Source: the human T2T-CHM13v2.0 reference genome, Homo sapiens
Direction: 5' to 3' (one strand)
Length of the DNA: 64,000 nucleotides
Assembly: GCF_009914755.1 (NCBI RefSeq)
Contig: NC_060927.1
The first letter of the stretch is position 1. Each line of letters begins with the position of its first letter. A program made the position numbers and the translations under genes. Shown in pieces: positions 1 through 12,745 of the stretch. The notes below the pieces were generated by a model. It worked only from the letters and a program-made list of their open reading frames with translations, was not told where the DNA came from and made no database searches.

Positions 1-749
1 CACAATACTCATTATTTGTGAGACAGATTATGATATGGTCTTTCATTATTTTGAGTAATAACTCTGGATGAGATCCATAGTGAAAACAAATCCATAATGA
101 CTCCTCTTTATGCTCCTTGTCTCATTAAAAAATTTAAACAAAAGCAAAAGCAAAAAAATTATAGCATGGATTCTTGAGAAATAAAATGGTTTATAAAAAG
201 AACTGTTTGTATGAGAAGATGAGTTTATTTTGTAATTGTTGAAATTGATATTTGCATTTTCTCTGAAAATAAAGTTTTCCTATTTTATTGCTAAGTAAAT
301 GACCACTCCTAGGTCAAAATGCTGATACCCAAGATTTAAAACTGGTTGTAGAATTTGTATTTTTTTGTGTGTGTGAGAAGTGTCAAAAGGGTCTTTTGAT
401 AGTACTAAATTTTTATGTAGTTGACTTTTAAATACAGTTATTAAAATTTTGCCAGTTTGGCATATTCTATGTCATAACTCCATTTACTTCTTATGCTAAA
501 GATGATCATTCACTAGCACTAGGTAGCCTCACCAAATGACTTAACTATACGGTATAATGTAGAGGATTATTGTCTACAGTAGGAAGCTACTAATGTTACA
601 ATAGTTCGGTGTTTTAAGTTTTTTTAGTACAGTACTCTAAACTACACAGCCATCTAATTTTCCCATTTTCCTTTTCTCATCAAAAAGCTTAATCAATTGT
701 CTTTATTATATTCTTATAAATACCCTCAGGAAAGGTGAGCAATCATGAA

Positions 750-1003
750 ATAGAAAAAGGAGCCAGAGAAGGAGGAAAGAGGAAAGGAAGAGAAATATAA
801 TAAAGAGGAGGGGAAAATCAAAAATGGAAGAAGGGAAAGATGAAGGAAGACAGAGAAGGGGGGTCAGAGGGAATGGGGAAAGGAAAGAAGAAGAAAAGAA
901 GAAAGGAAGCAAAGGAGGAGGTGCAAATGGAGGTAAAGGAAGGATGGAGGAAAAGAAGGCAGTTGGGCAGGAAGGAAGAAAAGAAGGAAAGAAGGAAAAG
1001 GAA
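750..1003. repeat. GA-rich polypurine low-complexity tract
   Basis: Runs of ggaa/gaag/aagg with few pyrimidines. Explains the K/E/G-rich and F/S/L-rich spurious ORFs here. Confidence 0.85.
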
Positions 1004-1959
1004 ATTGCACGAGTGTTGCTTGTTAATGCTTTATATTAAAATGAAGAAAATATTACCTATAAGCTACTCAAAAATGAAAGTTGATTTGAAAAAAATCAAA
1101 GGGGCATGGATAATATATATCTGAAAAGCATATTTATAATAAATAGAAACACTCAATATACATTAGAATGAAGTAGCACACATAGATGAGAGAAATATAT
1201 AAAGATTCACAGCAGAAAATAATGATAAATAGAAGCGGAAAAAAGCATTGGGAATTTTATTTGCTGGATTGTTGGTTTCATGATACAAAACACTGGGAAT
1301 AATGTTGTGGGACTGACGATGGGGATTCATCTTTAAAGCTCTTGTTGTAATTTTGTGTACATAAAAATGAATTTGATTATGGAACAAAGAATTTCATGAC
1401 TAAATTAAGAGATAAGGCTCTTTTCTGTCAGAATATACTTGCATCATTACTTTAATCTTTTTTTATATTTTTGACAAAAACAAAGATAATATACCAATGG
1501 TAGAAGTTTACATCTATAAACAGTGTAACAATTGATAAGTTATTTACTTGGCTGTTGAAAATAATCTTTCAGAAGACAAATAAACAGCTGACAAATAAAA
1601 CTGCTAATCTAGACAACAATGTGGCAAATAGAAAATCCTTGGAAGTAATCTAAGCGCCAAGAAACATGAAAAAAAGCATGTAAATTTGAAAGTCGTAATA
1701 AATAAGGAACACTGAACATAAATGGTCAGGGCCTTAGACTAGTAATCTAAAAATTGTCATTTCACACATTTTGTGTTGTCATTTTTATCATCAATTTAAA
1801 TAACTGCTACTTAATGTGTCAACTTACAAAAATGAAGAGATTTAAAAGTGTAATAAGAGTACTTTAGGGAGTCATTTTATTTCTAATAATTTGATACTAT
1901 ATATTTAGTTGCTATTTATTTGATGACTATATGTATTTTATCTCATATATTTAGTTTTT

Positions 1960-4900
1960 GTCTGTTTAAAATTTTATTTCATTTTTTCAATTTCAATTTA
2001 GGTTCAGCAGTACCTGAGCAGGTATGTCAGATAGGTAAATTTTATGTCATGGGCTTGGGGTACAGATTATTTCATCACCAACAAAATAAACATAGTACCT
2101 AATAGGTAGTTTTTAATCCACATTCTCCTCCCACCTTCTACCCTCAAGCAGGCCCCAGTGTCTCTTGTTCCTTTGCTTGAGTCCAAGTGTACTCAATGTT
2201 TACCTCCCATTTTATGCCTGAAAACATGTGATATTTGTTTTTCTTTTCCTGCATTAGCTAGCTTAGGATGATAGACTCCAGATCCATCCATGTTGCTGCA
2301 GACAATATGATCTTTTTCTTTTTATAGCTTCAAAGAATTCTGTGGTGTATATATCCCATATCTTCTTCATCCAATCTGTGTTGATTGGCATTTAGATCAA
2401 TTATACGTATTTGCTATTGTGAATAGTGCTCTGATGAATGTACATGTGCATGTGTCATTATGGTAGAATGATACATATATCTTTGGGTATATACCCAATA
2501 ATGGGATTGCTGGATTGAATGTTAATTATTTATTTTCAGTTGAGAAATCACCAAACTGTTTTTCAAAATGGGTAAACTAATTTACATTGCCACCAGCAGT
2601 ATATAAGTGCTTCCCTTTCTCCACAATCTTTCCAACATCTGTTATTTTTGACTTTTTGATAATAGCCATTACAACTGCTGTAAGATGGAATCTCATTGTG
2701 ATTTTGATTTGCATTGGTCTGATGATGAGAAATTTGAGCATTTTTTCATATGCTTGTTGGACATGTATGTATCTTATTTTGAAAAGCATTTGTTCATGTC
2801 CTTTGCCCATGTTTTAGTGGGGTTACTTGTTTTTTCTTAACTTCTTTAAGTTCCTTGTAGACTCTCGATATTAGACCTTTAACAGATATATAGTTTATAA
2901 CTATTTTCTCCCATTCTGTAGGTTGTCTGTTTACTCTGTTAATAGTTTATTTTGCTGTGCAGAAGTTTTTTTTTTTTGATTTAATTCAATCTCATTTGTC
3001 AATTTTTCCGTTGCAATTGCTTTTGGCATCTTCATCATGAAATCTTTGCCAGGTTCTATGTCCAGAATGGCATTTCCTAGATTATCTTCCATGATTTTTA
3101 TAGTTTTGCATTTTTCATTTAAGCCTTTCATTCATATTGACTTGATTTTTATATACAGTGTAAAGAATGGATTCAGTTTCAATTTTCTGTGTATTTTTAG
3201 CCATTTATCCAAGCACGAGTTATTGAACAGGGAGTCCTTTCCCTATCCCTTGTGTTCGTTGACTTTGTCAAAGATCAGATGGTTTTAAGTGTGTGGCCTT
3301 ATTTCTGGGCCCTCTGTTCTGTTCCACTGGTCTATGCATCTGCTTTTGTAGGAGTACCATGCTGTTTTGGTTACTCTGGCTTTTTCTTTAGAATTACTTT
3401 GGCTATTCAGGCTCTTTTTTGATTCCATACAAATTTTTAAATAGTTTATTCTAATTCTGTGAGAATGCCATTGGTAATTTGATAGAAATAGCTTTGAATC
3501 TCTAAGTATGGCCATTTTAGCAATATTGATTCCTTCTATCCATCAGTATGGGATGATTTCTATTTGTTAGTGTGTCTCTGATTTCTTTCAGGAGTGTTTT
3601 CTAGTTCTCATTGTAGAGATCTTTCACTTCCCTGGTTCGCTGTATTCCTAGGTATTTTATTCTACTTAGGTTATTGCAAATAGGATTGTGCTCTTGATTT
3701 GGCTCTCAGCTTGAATGTCGTTGGTGTATAGAAATGCCATTCATTTTTGAATGTTTTATTTTTCCCTGAAACTTTGCTAAAGGTGTTTATCAGAATCAGT
3801 AATTTTGAGAGGGAGAATATGGAGTTTCCTAGGTATAGAATCACATAATCTGCAATAGAGATGGTTTGACTCTTTTTTTATTTGGATGCCTTGTATTTCT
3901 TTTTCTTGCCTGATTGCTCTGGCTAGGAGTTCTAGCAATATGTTGCATAGGATTGATGAGAATTTGTACCATTGTCTTATTCCAGTTCTCAAGGGGAATG
4001 CCTCCAGGTTTTGCCTGTACAGCATGATGTTGGCTATGTGTCCATCATAGATGGTTCTTGTTATGTTTGAGTATGTTAATTCAATACCTAGTTTGTTGAG
4101 AGTTTTTAACATGAAGAAATATTAAATTTTATCAAAAGGCTTTTCTGCATCTATTGAGACAATAATGTTTTTTTGTTTTTAGTTCTGTTTATATGATGAA
4201 TTACTTCTACTGATTTGCGTATGTTGAGTCAAACTTGCATCCCAGGAATAAAGCCTGCTTGATCATGACGGAATAGCTTTTTGACGTGCTGCTAGATTAA
4301 CTTTGTTAGTATTTTGTTTGGGATTTTTGCATCTATGCTCATCAAGGGCATTGAATAAGGTTTTCTTTTTGTTGTTGTTGTTGTGTCTTTATCAGATTTG
4401 TTAGCAGAATGATGCTGGCCTCATAGAATGAGTTAGGGAGAAGTCTTTCCTTCTCAATTATTTTTGGAATTGTTTCAGGAGGAATGGTACCAGCTCTTCT
4501 TTATTTATACTGTAGAATTTGGTGTGAATTTATCTTGTGCTGGGCTTTTTCTGCTTGGTAGGCTTTTTATTACCGATAATATTTTGGAACTCATCTTTGG
4601 TCTATTCAAGGATTCAGTTTCTTTATGGTTCAATCTTGAGAGGTTGTATGTTTCCAGAAATTTATTCATTTTTCCTAGGCATATTTACTGAGTCTGACTT
4701 TATCCAACTTGCAAGTGTATGCCTTTTAATTGAGTCATTTAGCTCATTTACATTTAAGGTTAATATAGATACGTGTGAATTTGTTCTTGTCATCATGTTG
4801 TTACTTGGTTACTATGCAGACTTGTTTGTGTCATAGCTTTATGATACAAATAGTGTATGTCTGTATTTATTTTTTTTAGTTGCTGGTAATAGCCATTCTT

Positions 4901-6230
4901 TTCCATACTTAGCACTTATTTAAGGACCTCGTGTAACGTATGTCTGTTAGTAATAAATTCCCTTAGAATTTGTTTGTCTAAAAAGAATCTTATTTCTCCA
5001 TCACTTAGAAATTTAGTTCGGCTAAATATGAAATCCTTGGTTGGAATTTCTTTTCTTTCAGAATGCTGAATATAGGTCTCTGTCTCTTTTTGCTTGCAGA
5101 GTTTCTGCTGAAAAGTCCACTGTTAGACTGATAGGGTTCCCTTTATAAATGACCTGTTCCTTCTCTCTAACTTCTTTAACATTTTTTATTTCATTTAATC
5201 CTTGGAAAAATCTGAGGACTAAGTGTCTTGTTGATGGTTGTCTTGTATATTATCTTGCAGAGGTTCTCTGTATTTCCTAAATTGAATGTTGGCCTCTCTA
5301 GTGTGTTTGGGGAATTTTTTTATCTATAATATCCTCAAATGTTTTCTAAATTGCTTTCTTTCTCTCCCTTTCTTTCGGTGATGCCAAAGTGTCATAGAGT
5401 TGGTCTCTTTACATAATCCCATATTTCTCAAAGTTTTGTTTATTTTTCTTTATTTTTTTCCTGACTGAGTTATTTTGATCAACCATTCTCTGAGATTCTT
5501 TCTTCAGTTTGGTCAATTCTACTGTTAATACATGTGAGTGTATTATGAAATTCTACAGTGAGTTTTTTAGCTCTGTCAGAGTAGTTTGGTTATTTCTTAA
5601 AATTGCCATTTGTTTTTTTTGTTTCAGCTCCTGTGTTATTTTATAGTATGCCTTACATTCCTTGGATTGGGTTTCTACCTCCTCCTGATTCTCAATGATC
5701 TTTGGTCCTATTCATATACTGAATTATATTTTTGTTATTTCAACCCTTTCAGCCTAGTTGAGAACCATTGCTAGGGAACTAGTAAAGTCATTTGGAGGTA
5801 AGAAAGCACTCCAGCTTTTTGAGTTGCCAGAGTTCTTGCACTGATTCATTCTCATCTGTGTGGGCTAATGTTCCTTCAGTCTTTGAATTTGCTGTCCCTT
5901 CAGTGTGGTTTTCTTCTTTTATGTTCTTTGATGCCCTTGTATGTTGACTGTGGTATAAAGTGGATTAAGTCAATTGGTTTCATTTCTGCAAGATTTTAGA
6001 GGGCCAAGCCTCAGCTCAGCACTCCTGGGTTGTGTGCTTAATTATAGCGGGTTGGTATTGGGCCCTTAGCTTTGTTCTCTGCCCCCTTAAGATTAGAAAC
6101 CTGCTGTGTTGAAGGGGCTGAGGTATTCCGAGTCCACTAGCCACAACTCTGTGGTGGGGGATGCCAGCAAAAACACTTCATTGAGGCAGTGGCAGTGACA
6201 CTCACTTGTGTGTACCAGCAGCCTGTCAAT
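1960..6230 (-). mobile_element. Near-full-length old primate L1 (L1PA13-16/L1PB-like) with an internal ORF2 deletion
   Basis: L1 3' UTR at ~1960-2250. Minus-strand ORF2-like peptides (MQIKITMRFHLT.., [40 protein letters not shown]). ORF2 start and ORF1 at ~4680-5950, 5' UTR-like sequence to ~6230. Many stops. Confidence 0.9.
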
Positions 6231-6829
6231 ATGTCAAATAATAACTAGCAGATTTTGGTTTTATTCCCCTAGCTTTTGTTAGGTATACTTTTTTGGTTTG
6301 TTTGTTTAACCTTTTATTTAAATTTGTGTCCACCTTACTCAAATTGATTTTTATTTCTTTTTTATTTTTTTCACCTAATTGGTTGTCCTTCCATAATTTT
6401 TCTTTCTGTAAGTGGCTATTTACTATTTTCTGAAATGGAAAATCAAAATATTAAACATGATTTCTAGCCAAGTTATGTTATCTTCTTTACCAAACTCTTT
6501 GATCTTACTTTCAGTGAGATAAAAAGCTAAAAATAATTTTACTTCTTCATTCCTCTTAGCATAAGTTCCTAGTTTTGATGATGTGTTTATACCTTTTAAT
6601 TTTTTTAATTGGATATTTTCTTCTCTATGTTTCTTTTATCTTGAATTATTTATCAGTTATATTTTACATTCTTACTTTTAATCATTTTCCCCTCACATAT
6701 GATTATGTCTAAGCAAGACTCATTTCTCACCAGAATCTCCAGCACGTTATTTTTCCCTGTAAACAAGTGGGTTCTAAAGTATTGTTTAGTTATAATTTTT
6801 TCTCATGATTTTTTTCCCCAAATATACTA

Positions 6830-6960
6830 CGAGGTGATATATTCTCTGAAATCTTCTATTTCCCAGAATATCTTTATTTTACCCTGGCAGAAAATGTCCT
6901 TTAGCTGAGTATTGAATTATCGGCTTGCAATTCTTTTTCTCAAATAGTCTGTGGGATGTT
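6830..6960 (-). mobile_element. Old L1M fragment
   Basis: tatctttattt..ttagctgagtattgaattatcggcttgcaattctttttct resembles antisense L1M ORF1-end sequence. Confidence 0.4.
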
Positions 6961-6964
6961 GCTT

Positions 6965-7140
6965 TAAAGTCAGATTGCACATTAAAACTAGAATCATCTG
7001 TAGAAATTCTAAATAGTATCATTCACTGATTTACTTAGAGATTCTTACATCTTTGCTGAGAGTTTTGACTCGTTGCTACTGTTTTTTGAGACCCTCAGGT
7101 TATTCTAATGTGCAAAGAGCTTTAAAACCGTTGACTTAAA
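6965..7140. mobile_element. MER5-like hAT-Charlie MITE
   Basis: tgcacatt..agaatcatctg..ccctcaggttattctaatgtgca..aaaaccgttg matches MER5 motifs. Confidence 0.5.
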
Positions 7141-7489
7141 ATAAGGTCCATATTTATTTCTTCAACTTTTAGCTTCCAGCTTTATAAACAACAAGTTTTA
7201 TTACAATCAATCTATCCTTTTATTTCTTTTTTGCCTTTTATATTGTGATATATTCTTTCTATTTGGAAACTTTTTTTATTTATATATATATATTTCAGGT
7301 CTATTTCTAGATGTGTCTTCTCTTTATCCTGTCAATAATATGGTCATGCCTTATTTATTTCTATTCATTTAAAACTTCTCCAACTCTGCATTCAGCCATA
7401 GCTAGCAATTTCCTATTCATAATGGTTTAATTGTAGTACTTGGGTAATAGTACTTATCCAATATTACTTTAAATTACCATCATTTTGGT

Positions 7490-7885
7490 ATCTCTTATGT
7501 TACAGTTCTAGAGGCAAAAATTTCAAAATCAGTTTCACTTTGCTGAGATCATGGTGTCAGTAGAGCCACATTCTTTTCAGAGGCTTTGCAGAGAACTCAT
7601 TTCTTGCCTCTCTGAGCTTCTGATCTTTTGGCATACCTTGATTTGTGGTTGCACCACTCTAATTATGCTTCTGTTGTCACATTGCCTTCCCCCTTTCTAT
7701 GTGTCAAATATCCGCTTCTTTCTATATATAAGGGGACAGATTATTGTATGTAGGGCCCACCTAGACAAACCTTCCATCTCAAAATTTAAATTTAATCACA
7801 TTTGGAAAGTACTTTTTGTAACATTCACGGGCTCCAGGAATTAGTACATGAATGTCTTTGTGGGGCCATTAATCTACCTACCACT
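7490..7885 (-). mobile_element. MLT1-family MaLR solo LTR (partial)
   Basis: tacagttctagaggc..gagaactcatttcttgcctct..tagggcccacctagac..ggggccattaatctacctaccac. Confidence 0.75.
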
Positions 7886-8919
7886 CCGTTCCATTACAAT
7901 TATAATCTTAATTATCATGTCAGAGTACGTAAACATATTTTGATCTATAGATGCTACAAATAAGCATGCTTTATGACATCATATTAATTAATGTGGGTGA
8001 TTAAAAAGGAAAATTATCTAATTTAGATAGCTTTTTTTTTAACATCTATAATTGAATCCATAGTAGAGAATCAGTTGTCTATGGGAAGAAAATTATCCTC
8101 CCAATCTATATACTAGAATAAGAGGCAAGAATTTACATTTACTTGAGCAAATTTCATTTACTTGCTACTTGCTAATTAAGGCTTAACATATAATCTTTCC
8201 TTTGCAAAATAAATATGACAGTTTTTGCTGTAACTTTATCCCAGCATCTATGAAGTTACTTCATGAGATGTTGTATGGATACATGAAAGGTTAATAACAC
8301 ATGTAAACATGTTTTCTTCTAAGTGTGTGCATACCAGTCATATTAGTAAAAGTGAAGTCTAAACTGAGTTAACTGAGGTTTCAAAGTTGAGTGGCTTAAA
8401 GAAAATAAATTCTTATTGAGTTATTATATAGAAGGAAAAAGGAAGAGGTGTTACTGTTATTGGCGTCACATATAAAAGTATGAAAGGTAAATAAGATCAT
8501 TGATCCCTAAAATTATTTTACTTAGGTGAATTTGCTATTATTTTTCTCACCTGTTGAGTGTGTGTTGTACATTTATGTATTCATATATTACAGAAACTGA
8601 ATTTTTTTCATGATTGTTCTGTTTCCTGTTTTAACATGAAATCTAATCACATGGTGATTGAGCAAAATTTAAGCCAATAAACAGCATACACTGTTATTGG
8701 TTGTTAACATATTTATAAAATATTTTATTTAAGTGCTAATTAAAATGTAACATTAAACCACATTTCAGAGTTAGAAGATCATCTTGAATTTCGTAAATCT
8801 CAGAAGTCTTTAACTCATTGGTGATTTCTGGGATTTTTAAGAGTTCTGATTCTAGTCAGTATTTGTATGTAAATGATTAATGAGTAGTCATTTTTTTTCT
8901 GAAAGTTACATGATTTTTC

Positions 8920-9012
8920 GCTCTCCTTCCCTCTTACCATGTGATGACACAGCAAGAAGACACTCACCAGATATTGGCACCTCAATATCGGACTTCCAAG
9001 TCTCCAGAAATA
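8920..9012 (+). mobile_element. MaLR (MST/MLT1A-like) LTR fragment
   Basis: ccatgtgatgacacagcaagaagacactcaccagat..ggacttccaagtctccagaa. Confidence 0.6.
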
Positions 9013-9019
9013 TTTCAGC

Positions 9020-10835
9020 ATGCCAATTTTTCCTGCAGCCTTAGTTCTCTGAGTCCAAGAAAAGACAATGATTTCCTTCATCCAATCCTGGAAGCCACAG
9101 CCCTCGTACTTCCACATCCCAGGACTCCTTACTGACATTCTCCAGTGTCCACCCAAAGTGCAACAGTAGCACAGTAAGAATGGTGTAGCACACCAAAAAG
9201 GCAGCTTGTGAGACAAAGAAATCCAAAATGTGTGCTTTCTATCTCCCTAGAGCTCCCTGTCTGGGGCTGTGAGAAACAACCCCTTTCCTATCAGTGGCAC
9301 TAACTTTGTCTGTAGGCCTGTAAGCATGGCATTCTTGCCCTTCTGTGTATATCCCTGCAACAGGGATGACCTTAGGCACCCAGAGCAGTGAGACTGAGAG
9401 TTGGCTGTCTAAAACTAGAGGCAGTCACTCTGTGCCCACTAGCATATTGATCTCCATGCTCAGACCCATGCATAGAGAGTGGACCCACCTCCCATCCCTC
9501 TGCATATCATGGCAGCAGCAGCCACTGATGCTGCTGTTGGAGCCTGGGAGAAGTGAGCTTGAGAGCTGCATGTCTGGTGCTGTGGGTGCCAACCCCACAT
9601 CAAAGCCACCTTCAATTCCAGTACATACTACTCCGTATCCAGAGGGTTTTCGTGCCACTACTACTGCTATTACCCATGTTTTGACAGCTGCCCAGGAACC
9701 TGAGCTTATGCACGTAGCTCACTGCTGCCACTACTGGAACCTGAGCAAACTACCTAGAGGCCCATGAATAGTCCCACTAACAGCAATGCCATGATACGTC
9801 ACCCAAGCCCCAAGAACTACCACATTCAGCCCAACACTGCCACAACTCTAGCCCGAAGAATGCCCCCTCTGGCATCCCAATCCTAAGCAAAACTTCATTA
9901 TAGCCTCCACCAATAACAGCAGCCTGAACTGCTAAGGAAGTCACAGGTTTTCCCTATGAAAGCAAATTTAAAAAAAAAAACATTGAAAAGGCCGTACCTT
10001 ACAACAAATGTGCAGATATCAATGTGAAGACACAGGAAATATGAAAAAACAAGGAAACATGACACCTCCATAGGAAAAAAATAATTTCCCAATAACAGAT
10101 TCCAACAAAAGAAAATCCCCAAAACCCCAGAAAAAGAATTCAAAGTTATGGACTACAGTTCAGTGAAATGCAAGAGAATTCTGAAACAAAAATGCAGAAA
10201 ATAAAAACAATTCAAGATATTAACAAGAAAATTTCCAAATAGATTGATATCGTAAAAAATCAAACAGATATTCTATAATAAAGAATTCCTTGAATGAAAT
10301 ACAAAGTACACTTCAAAGCTTCGACAACAGACTACACAAAACGGAAGAATTTCAGAACCTGAGGACAGTATTTTGAAGAACCTGGTCAAATAAAAATAAA
10401 GAAAAAACGTGTAAAAAGAATTAACAAAGCTTTTGTGATAAATGGGACACCATAAAGCAATCAAATATAGGAATTATTGGTCTGCAAAGGTGAAGATAAA
10501 ATGTAGGTGCTTGAAAAAAAACTAATGAAATAATAGATGAAAACTTTGAAGTCTAGCAAGCAATTTAGACATCCAGATACAAGAGGTCCAGTGATCTCCA
10601 GACAAATATAATACCAAAAGGTCTTGTACACTACATATTGTAATCAACTAGTCTAAAGTCAATGACAAAGAGATAATTTTAAAAACAACAAGAGAGAAGC
10701 ATCTAATCACCTGTAAAGGGTCTCCATCTTACTAACAGTGTACTATTCAGCTGAAAATTCACGGGCAAGGAGAAAATGGTCTGATAATCTCAAAATGCTG
10801 AAAGAAAAATAAATGCCACCAAATATACTATATCA
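9020..10835 (+). mobile_element. L1M/L1PB-type 5' UTR plus degenerate ORF1, 3'-truncated
   Basis: GC-richer UTR, then atgaaaaaacaaggaaacatgacacctcca (ORF1 start motif) and ttagacatccagatacaagagg.., aaaatgctgaaagaaaaa (ORF1 motifs). Confidence 0.75.
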
Positions 10836-10839
10836 TGGA

Positions 10840-11600
10840 AGGTATAGATATTTCCTATGTATCCCTTGCACCTACATATTCATAGTTACCCCTGTTATCA
10901 ACATTCTCCACCATATAGTATATTTGTTACAGTTGATTAACCTACATTGACACATCATTATTACTCAAAATCCACAGTTTGTACCCACTCTTGGCGTTGT
11001 ACTTTCTATGGGTTTAGGCAAATATAATATGTATTTATCATAGTATAATCATAGTATAAAAATCCTGTGTATTCATCATACTAAAAATCCTTTGTGTTCT
11101 GCCTATTTATTCCTTCCTCCCTCTAACCTTTAGCAACCATGGATCCATTTACTGTATCCTTAGAATTGCCTTTTTGAGAATGTCATATATTTGGAATTAC
11201 ATGACATATAGCCTTTACAGATTGACTGCTTTCACCTAATAATATGCATTTTGTATTCCTCCATGTCTTTTCATGGCTTGATAGCTCATTTCATTTTAGT
11301 GCTAAATAATATTCCGTTGCCTAGATATACCACACCTACTGAAGGACACATTGGTTGCCTTCAAGTTTTGGTAATTATAAATAAAGCTGTTATAAACAAT
11401 CACATGCAGGTTTATGTAGACATAAGTTTTCAACTTCTTTGGGTAGGTATCAAAGAGTATGACGTCTGTGTCATATGATAAGAGTATGTTTAGTTTTATA
11501 GAAAATTGCCAAACTATCGTCTGAGATCACTGTACTGTTTTACATTTATACTAGCAATGAATGAGAGTTCCAGATGCTCCACATGATCACAAGCTTTTTT
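10840..11600 (-). mobile_element. L1MC-like 3' end
   Basis: tttgttacagttgattaacctacattgacacatcattatt..; cacctactgaaggacacattggttgccttcaagttttgg. Confidence 0.8.
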
Positions 11601-11739
11601 CCTGGCATAATCAGGGATGTGGGCTCACAATTTGCCCTTGCAAACTTACATAACATGGTAGAAGAATAGCCTGATTTGAATCCTCAGAACTCTTCCAGGA
11701 TTGAATATCTTCAACAGTTAATAATAGCCAGTTTTCATG

Positions 11740-11910
11740 GAGTTTTGTAATAAGTCAACTTGCAAGGTATCAATCTAGGACAAGTTAATATTTATATCAC
11801 CATATCATATAAGGCCATTGTGAAAATTAAAAAGTTATATGAAGAATGCTGAAATAAAAGTGCTTAAAATAGTTCCTGGTGAATATTAAGTGTATGTTAA
11901 GTTCTAGCTA
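11740..11910 (+). mobile_element. MIR relic
   Basis: attgtgaaaattaaa..taaaagtgcttaaaatagttcctgg..taagtg core-like motif. Confidence 0.5.
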
Positions 11911-12019
11911 GTTGTAGCAGTAATATTAGTACTTGTAGCAGCAGCAGCAGTAGTAATTCCTAGCACCTTGGGATATGCAAAAGTCCTGTGTCTTTTGCAA
12001 CTATAGAAAAAATGATCTT

Positions 12020-12308
<289 letters not shown>

Positions 12309-12445
12309 GGATCTTCTGCTTAGTGGTCCAACTTAGAGATGCTTGTGCATCCCAACCTTCCTGCTTGTTTCAGGTCAGCAGCTTTGATTGTCCATGACAC
12401 GTTTGGAGAATGGGAGCATTCGCTGGGTCTCACTTTCTATTTTGA

Positions 12446-12449
<4 letters not shown>

Positions 12450-12479
<30 letters not shown>
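12450..12479. repeat. Poly(T)30
   Basis: Uninterrupted T run. Confidence 0.95.
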
Positions 12480-12552
12480 CCCCTGAAGTCTTATTATCTT
12501 CACGTGGTGCTCCTGTGAAAAGTTTATTTGTACCCTGAAAACCTGGACATTC

Positions 12553-12745
12553 TCGGGAGGCTGAGGCAGGAGAATGGCGTGAACCCGGGAGGCGGAGCTT
12601 GCCCCGAGCATAGGTCGCGCCACTGCATTCCAGCCTGGGAGACACAGCGAGACTCCGTCTCAAAACAAAACAAAACAAGAAAAGAAAGAAAGAAAGAAAA
12701 GAAAGAAAAAAGGAAGGAAGGAAGGAAGGAAGGAAGGAAAAAAAG
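12553..12745 (+). mobile_element. AluY right arm only, with a (CAAAA)n/(GAAA)n/(GGAA)n tail
   Basis: gagaatggcgtgaacccgggaggcggagcttgc AluY diagnostics. The tail has become a microsatellite. Confidence 0.9.

Noticed and set aside
706-1124. Overlapping ORFs of 68-94 aa
   Set aside because: Translations of low-complexity GA-rich DNA
8815-9767. 133-aa and 140-aa ORFs
   Set aside because: Lie over LTR and L1 5' UTR sequence; chance open frames
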